Origin: Tegunavirus sp. BRC001
Sequence record: OZ038340.1
Length of the DNA: 24,000 nucleotides
Strand: one strand, 5' to 3'
Shown here one piece after another: positions 21,352 to 24,000 of the stretch. The position numbers were made by a program, and so were the translations under genes. The notes beneath the pieces were generated by a model that made no database searches, had not been told where the DNA came from, and was given only the letters and a program-made list of their open reading frames with translations. Position 1 is the stretch's first letter. Each line of letters starts with the position of its first letter.

Positions 21352-24000
21352 TTATACCATATCCCAAATTTGTATTGTTACCATACTAGAAGGCATAGCT
21401 CCTGCAGAATCTGTGTCGCTAGTAGTAAAGTTAAATCTGTTTGCACTAGACATCATACCTAATGTTACTACTGGCTGACTATGATCCAAGAACATAATAC
21501 CTGTATTAGTGAATGTTCTACTATTTTGAGAAGAGCCGCTCAAATTAAATGTTGGGTCATTTACCGGAGTACTTAATCTCAGCATATATGAATTTTCGCT
21601 GCCGTTGCCATTTGTATTAGACAGCGTACTAGCAGTTCCTTCAAAATAACACCCATAAGCGCTATATGTAATAGCTAATAATTTAAGTGTTCCACCTGAG
21701 CCTGACATACCATGTGCAGGTGAACTTAACCGACATTTTAAAAATGAGTTGTCAGCAGTTATTGATGTTATTGTTCCACTAATGATCTGCTGGGTTGTAC
21801 CAAATGTAAAATGAACAATTGAACCGACTTTAGAATTCACTTTAACCGAATCCATTGTTCCAAATGAAGTTTGGAAGTCCAAAGTATTAGCATCAACTAT
21901 ACTAACTAAACAATCCTGATAGTTAAAGGTCGAACCTCTCCAGGTAGCTACCAATGATGCGTTTTTCTGTGCAGTAACTTCAATAGTTTTAGCTTTATCC
22001 GCATTTGTTGCATTATCGGCTTGTGCGGCTGCAGGAACTTTGCCTGTAACTTTTGAACCATCGACGTTAGATGCAGTCAATGTAACGTTTTGTTGCCCGT
22101 CAAATGATACTGCATTTGTTGTGATGCCACCAGTAATTTGGAAAGATCGCGGTGTTTTCAAACGTACTGCGTATGCAGATGCACCAGTTTCAGCAACATT
22201 AACATTTTGAACAAATGCTGTAGTAGCAATTGTTGTGTTGTTAGTTGCAGTAGCCTGTGTAGCAACGCTTAAAGGAATATTAACATTACCTGATCCATCA
22301 AAACTCACAGAACCTGATGCACCAGAACCTGTGATACCAATTGCGCGAGCAGTTTGTAATGTGGTTGCAGTAGATGCATTGCCATTAAGCGAACCTGTAA
22401 GTGTTCCGCTGATAGTACCATTGAATGTACCACTGAACGTACCAGTGAATCCGCCGACAGCATTAGCAACACCTGAAGAACTTACTGTAAACAATTCAGT
22501 AAATGTATGTGATGGATCAACCCAAGTTCCATTAGATTTAGATACTCTAAATGGAGTATTGGCACCAATTCCGATAAATCCGGCACCACCGACCTTTTTA
22601 ACTAACGCAAGATCGCTGTTGTTACCAACATTTATCATTGTATTGTCATTTAATGTTTGGATACTTCCATTAGTAGACAATACACCAGCAGTAGAAATAG
22701 ATGCAACATTTGTGTTATTATCACTTCGTTGGAAAATCCAACCGCGTTGCTCAGAACCAGTTGTTGCACATGTTAAATATACCGCCCATGTTGCGTTAGT
22801 CAATGCTCCATGGCTACCAGCGTTTGCAGCTGCTGTACCTGTAAAGGTCATACCATATGTAGGTTTACCTGTTTGAGCACCAGCATATAAACTCAGACCT
22901 GCCTGAACTGTTGATGCAGAGTTTTGAATACCTATGCCAGTACTAGCAGAAATCAAACCGCCTTGAACTTCGCCTGAGAATGAGTGCCCTTTAGCAATAT
23001 ACGACAAACTTCCTTGGCCTATAGCCGTAGTTCCGCCAGAAGACATGATTCTTGCATCATAATCTATATTACTAGCGCCTGAATGGAAATCAATATACAC
23101 TTGGGATGCAGTACCAAGTGTACCTAATTCAGTTTGATTACCTAAATGTGTAGCACCGCTATTTCGCAAAGTAGATGTATACACTGTGCCAGTAGAATCC
23201 ATACGTAGAACTGGTGTCGGTCCATATTTGATGATGTATTCCGCAGTAGAATTCGTGTCATTCATCCGATGGAGCCATGTGCCGCCAGTGTGGGTAGGAG
23301 GAATAAATTCAAGTTTGGTGTACTCTACATTTTTTTGTGGAGCTGCAGAGTCATTACCAAATGTTATTGAACCCCATACTGATGGATTAAGTGAATCCAG
23401 CGTTCTGTATACATATGCATCGACTGCACCAGTAGGTTTGGCACCAGTTGCTGCAGTTTGGAAATCTTGTTGCCAAGAAGTCTGATAACCCGTAGTAACA
23501 ACCATGGAAGCGTATAGATATCCGGAAGTATGCAAGTATATGTCATAATCATTAGAAGTACCATCCTTGACAAAACATGCACTAGGACCAACATTAGGTA
23601 GCCATCCGCCATTAGACAACAAGTTATTTTTCTGTTCTATATTAACCGTCATAGTAATAGTAGCTGGGTTACTATTACCAGATTTAAGTGTAATAACAGT
23701 TGTGCCGCCTTGTTGTGGGTTATATGCATTAAAGCCAGTGCCGCCTATTAGCTTTATAGAAATAGTTCTGCCAGATTGTCCCATTGTTGCTCGGCCTATC
23801 TTTCTCCATCCACTAGACCCGTCACTCGCAAGCATACCTGCAGATGCATCAACATTTCTTGAATAATCTGCAATACCTTCAAGATAAACTGGGCCAGTTG
23901 TACTAGAAATTGTTCGTCCCAATTTGAATAAAAATGCTTCAGTTGATGCGCTATCAACTCCACCGAGCGCCATATACATCCCAGAGCCTGCCCAGTTTGG
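21352..24000 (-). CDS. 37: Long tail fibre protein, gp37-like, truncated by the window edge
   Basis: Fibre motifs GNASTATTLQTARAIGITG...VSFDGSGNVNIPLSVATQATATNNTTIATTAFVQ, adjacent to t as in T4. The frame is open to base 24000 (PNWAGSGMYMALGG...), so the Met at 23979 is internal. Confidence 0.8.
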   Translation of the reverse strand, partial: PNWAGSGMYMALGGVDSASTEAFLFKLGRTISSTTGPVYLEGIADYSRNVDASAGMLASDGSSGWRKIGRATMGQSGRTISIKLIGGTGFNAYNPQQGGTTVITLKSGNSNPATITMTVNIEQKNNLLSNGGWLPNVGPSACFVKDGTSNDYDIYLHTSGYLYASMVVTTGYQTSWQQDFQTAATGAKPTGAVDAYVYRTLDSLNPSVWGSITFGNDSAAPQKNVEYTKLEFIPPTHTGGTWLHRMNDTNSTAEYIIKYGPTPVLRMDSTGTVYTSTLRNSGATHLGNQTELGTLGTASQVYIDFHSGASNIDYDARIMSSGGTTAIGQGSLSYIAKGHSFSGEVQGGLISASTGIGIQNSASTVQAGLSLYAGAQTGKPTYGMTFTGTAAANAGSHGALTNATWAVYLTCATTGSEQRGWIFQRSDNNTNVASISTAGVLSTNGSIQTLNDNTMINVGNNSDLALVKKVGGAGFIGIGANTPFRVSKSNGTWVDPSHTFTELFTVSSSGVANAVGGFTGTFSGTFNGTISGTLTGSLNGNASTATTLQTARAIGITGSGASGSVSFDGSGNVNIPLSVATQATATNNTTIATTAFVQNVNVAETGASAYAVRLKTPRSFQITGGITTNAVSFDGQQNVTLTASNVDGSKVTGKVPAAAQADNATNADKAKTIEVTAQKNASLVATWRGSTFNYQDCLVSIVDANTLDFQTSFGTMDSVKVNSKVGSIVHFTFGTTQQIISGTITSITADNSFLKCRLSSPAHGMSGSGGTLKLLAITYSAYGCYFEGTASTLSNTNGNGSENSYMLRLSTPVNDPTFNLSGSSQNSRTFTNTGIMFLDHSQPVVTLGMMSSANRFNFTTSDTDSAGAMPSSMVTIQIWDMV
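22386..22451 (-). repeat. Degenerate 12-bp tandem repeat in the fibre gene
   Basis: Encodes 4-residue units FTGTFSGTFNGTISGTLTGSLNGN. Confidence 0.5.

Noticed and set aside
22235-22876. 213-codon plus-strand ORF (and 23186..23485, 23567..23866)
   Set aside because: Antisense shadows of the strongly supported tail fibre gene; low-complexity translation mirroring the fibre codon bias; no RBS or known motif.
1-24000. CRISPR arrays, transposases, integrases, restriction-modification or classical defence islands
   Set aside because: No spaced direct repeats, transposase or integrase motifs, methyltransferase motifs or similar were seen; the window is ordinary lytic-phage backbone plus small accessory genes.

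Overview
The window is a compact segment of a T4-like (Straboviridae-type) myophage genome. I identified it by recalling T4 protein sequences and comparing them with the translated ORFs; no search was run. The plus strand carries early and middle genes: a macro-domain protein, an HNH-like protein, a membrane-anchored HPD (J-domain-like) protein, dda, dexA, a GH24 lysozyme, an unsplit topoisomerase gene 39, RNA ligase 2 (rnlB), rIIA, rIIB, a PD-(D/E)XK-like protein, ndd, gene 52, motA and asiA. The right end carries minus-strand late genes (holin t and a gp37-like tail fibre running off the edge), with one plus-strand ORF of unknown function between them. The most interesting signals are in the spaces between and inside genes. 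(1) An unlisted 41-codon ORF at 12032..12157 resembles ArfA (alternative ribosome-rescue factor), and an intrinsic terminator is embedded in its last codons. (2) A 10-bp hairpin adjoins the lysozyme start codon; its 5' arm overlaps a TATAAATA late promoter, reproducing the logic known for T4 gene e. (3) A family of early promoters has rigid geometry, TTTAC[AT]-N17-TATAAT-N5-TATCAA, and some have the -35 box in the loop of a hairpin. (4) A palindromic TATTTATAAATA late promoter appears to fire in both directions. (5) An intergenic GC-rich structured element has a candidate minus-strand promoter and terminator, so it may encode a small RNA. (6) MotA-box-like middle promoters precede genes 39, rIIB and 52. 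Host identity is not determined here.
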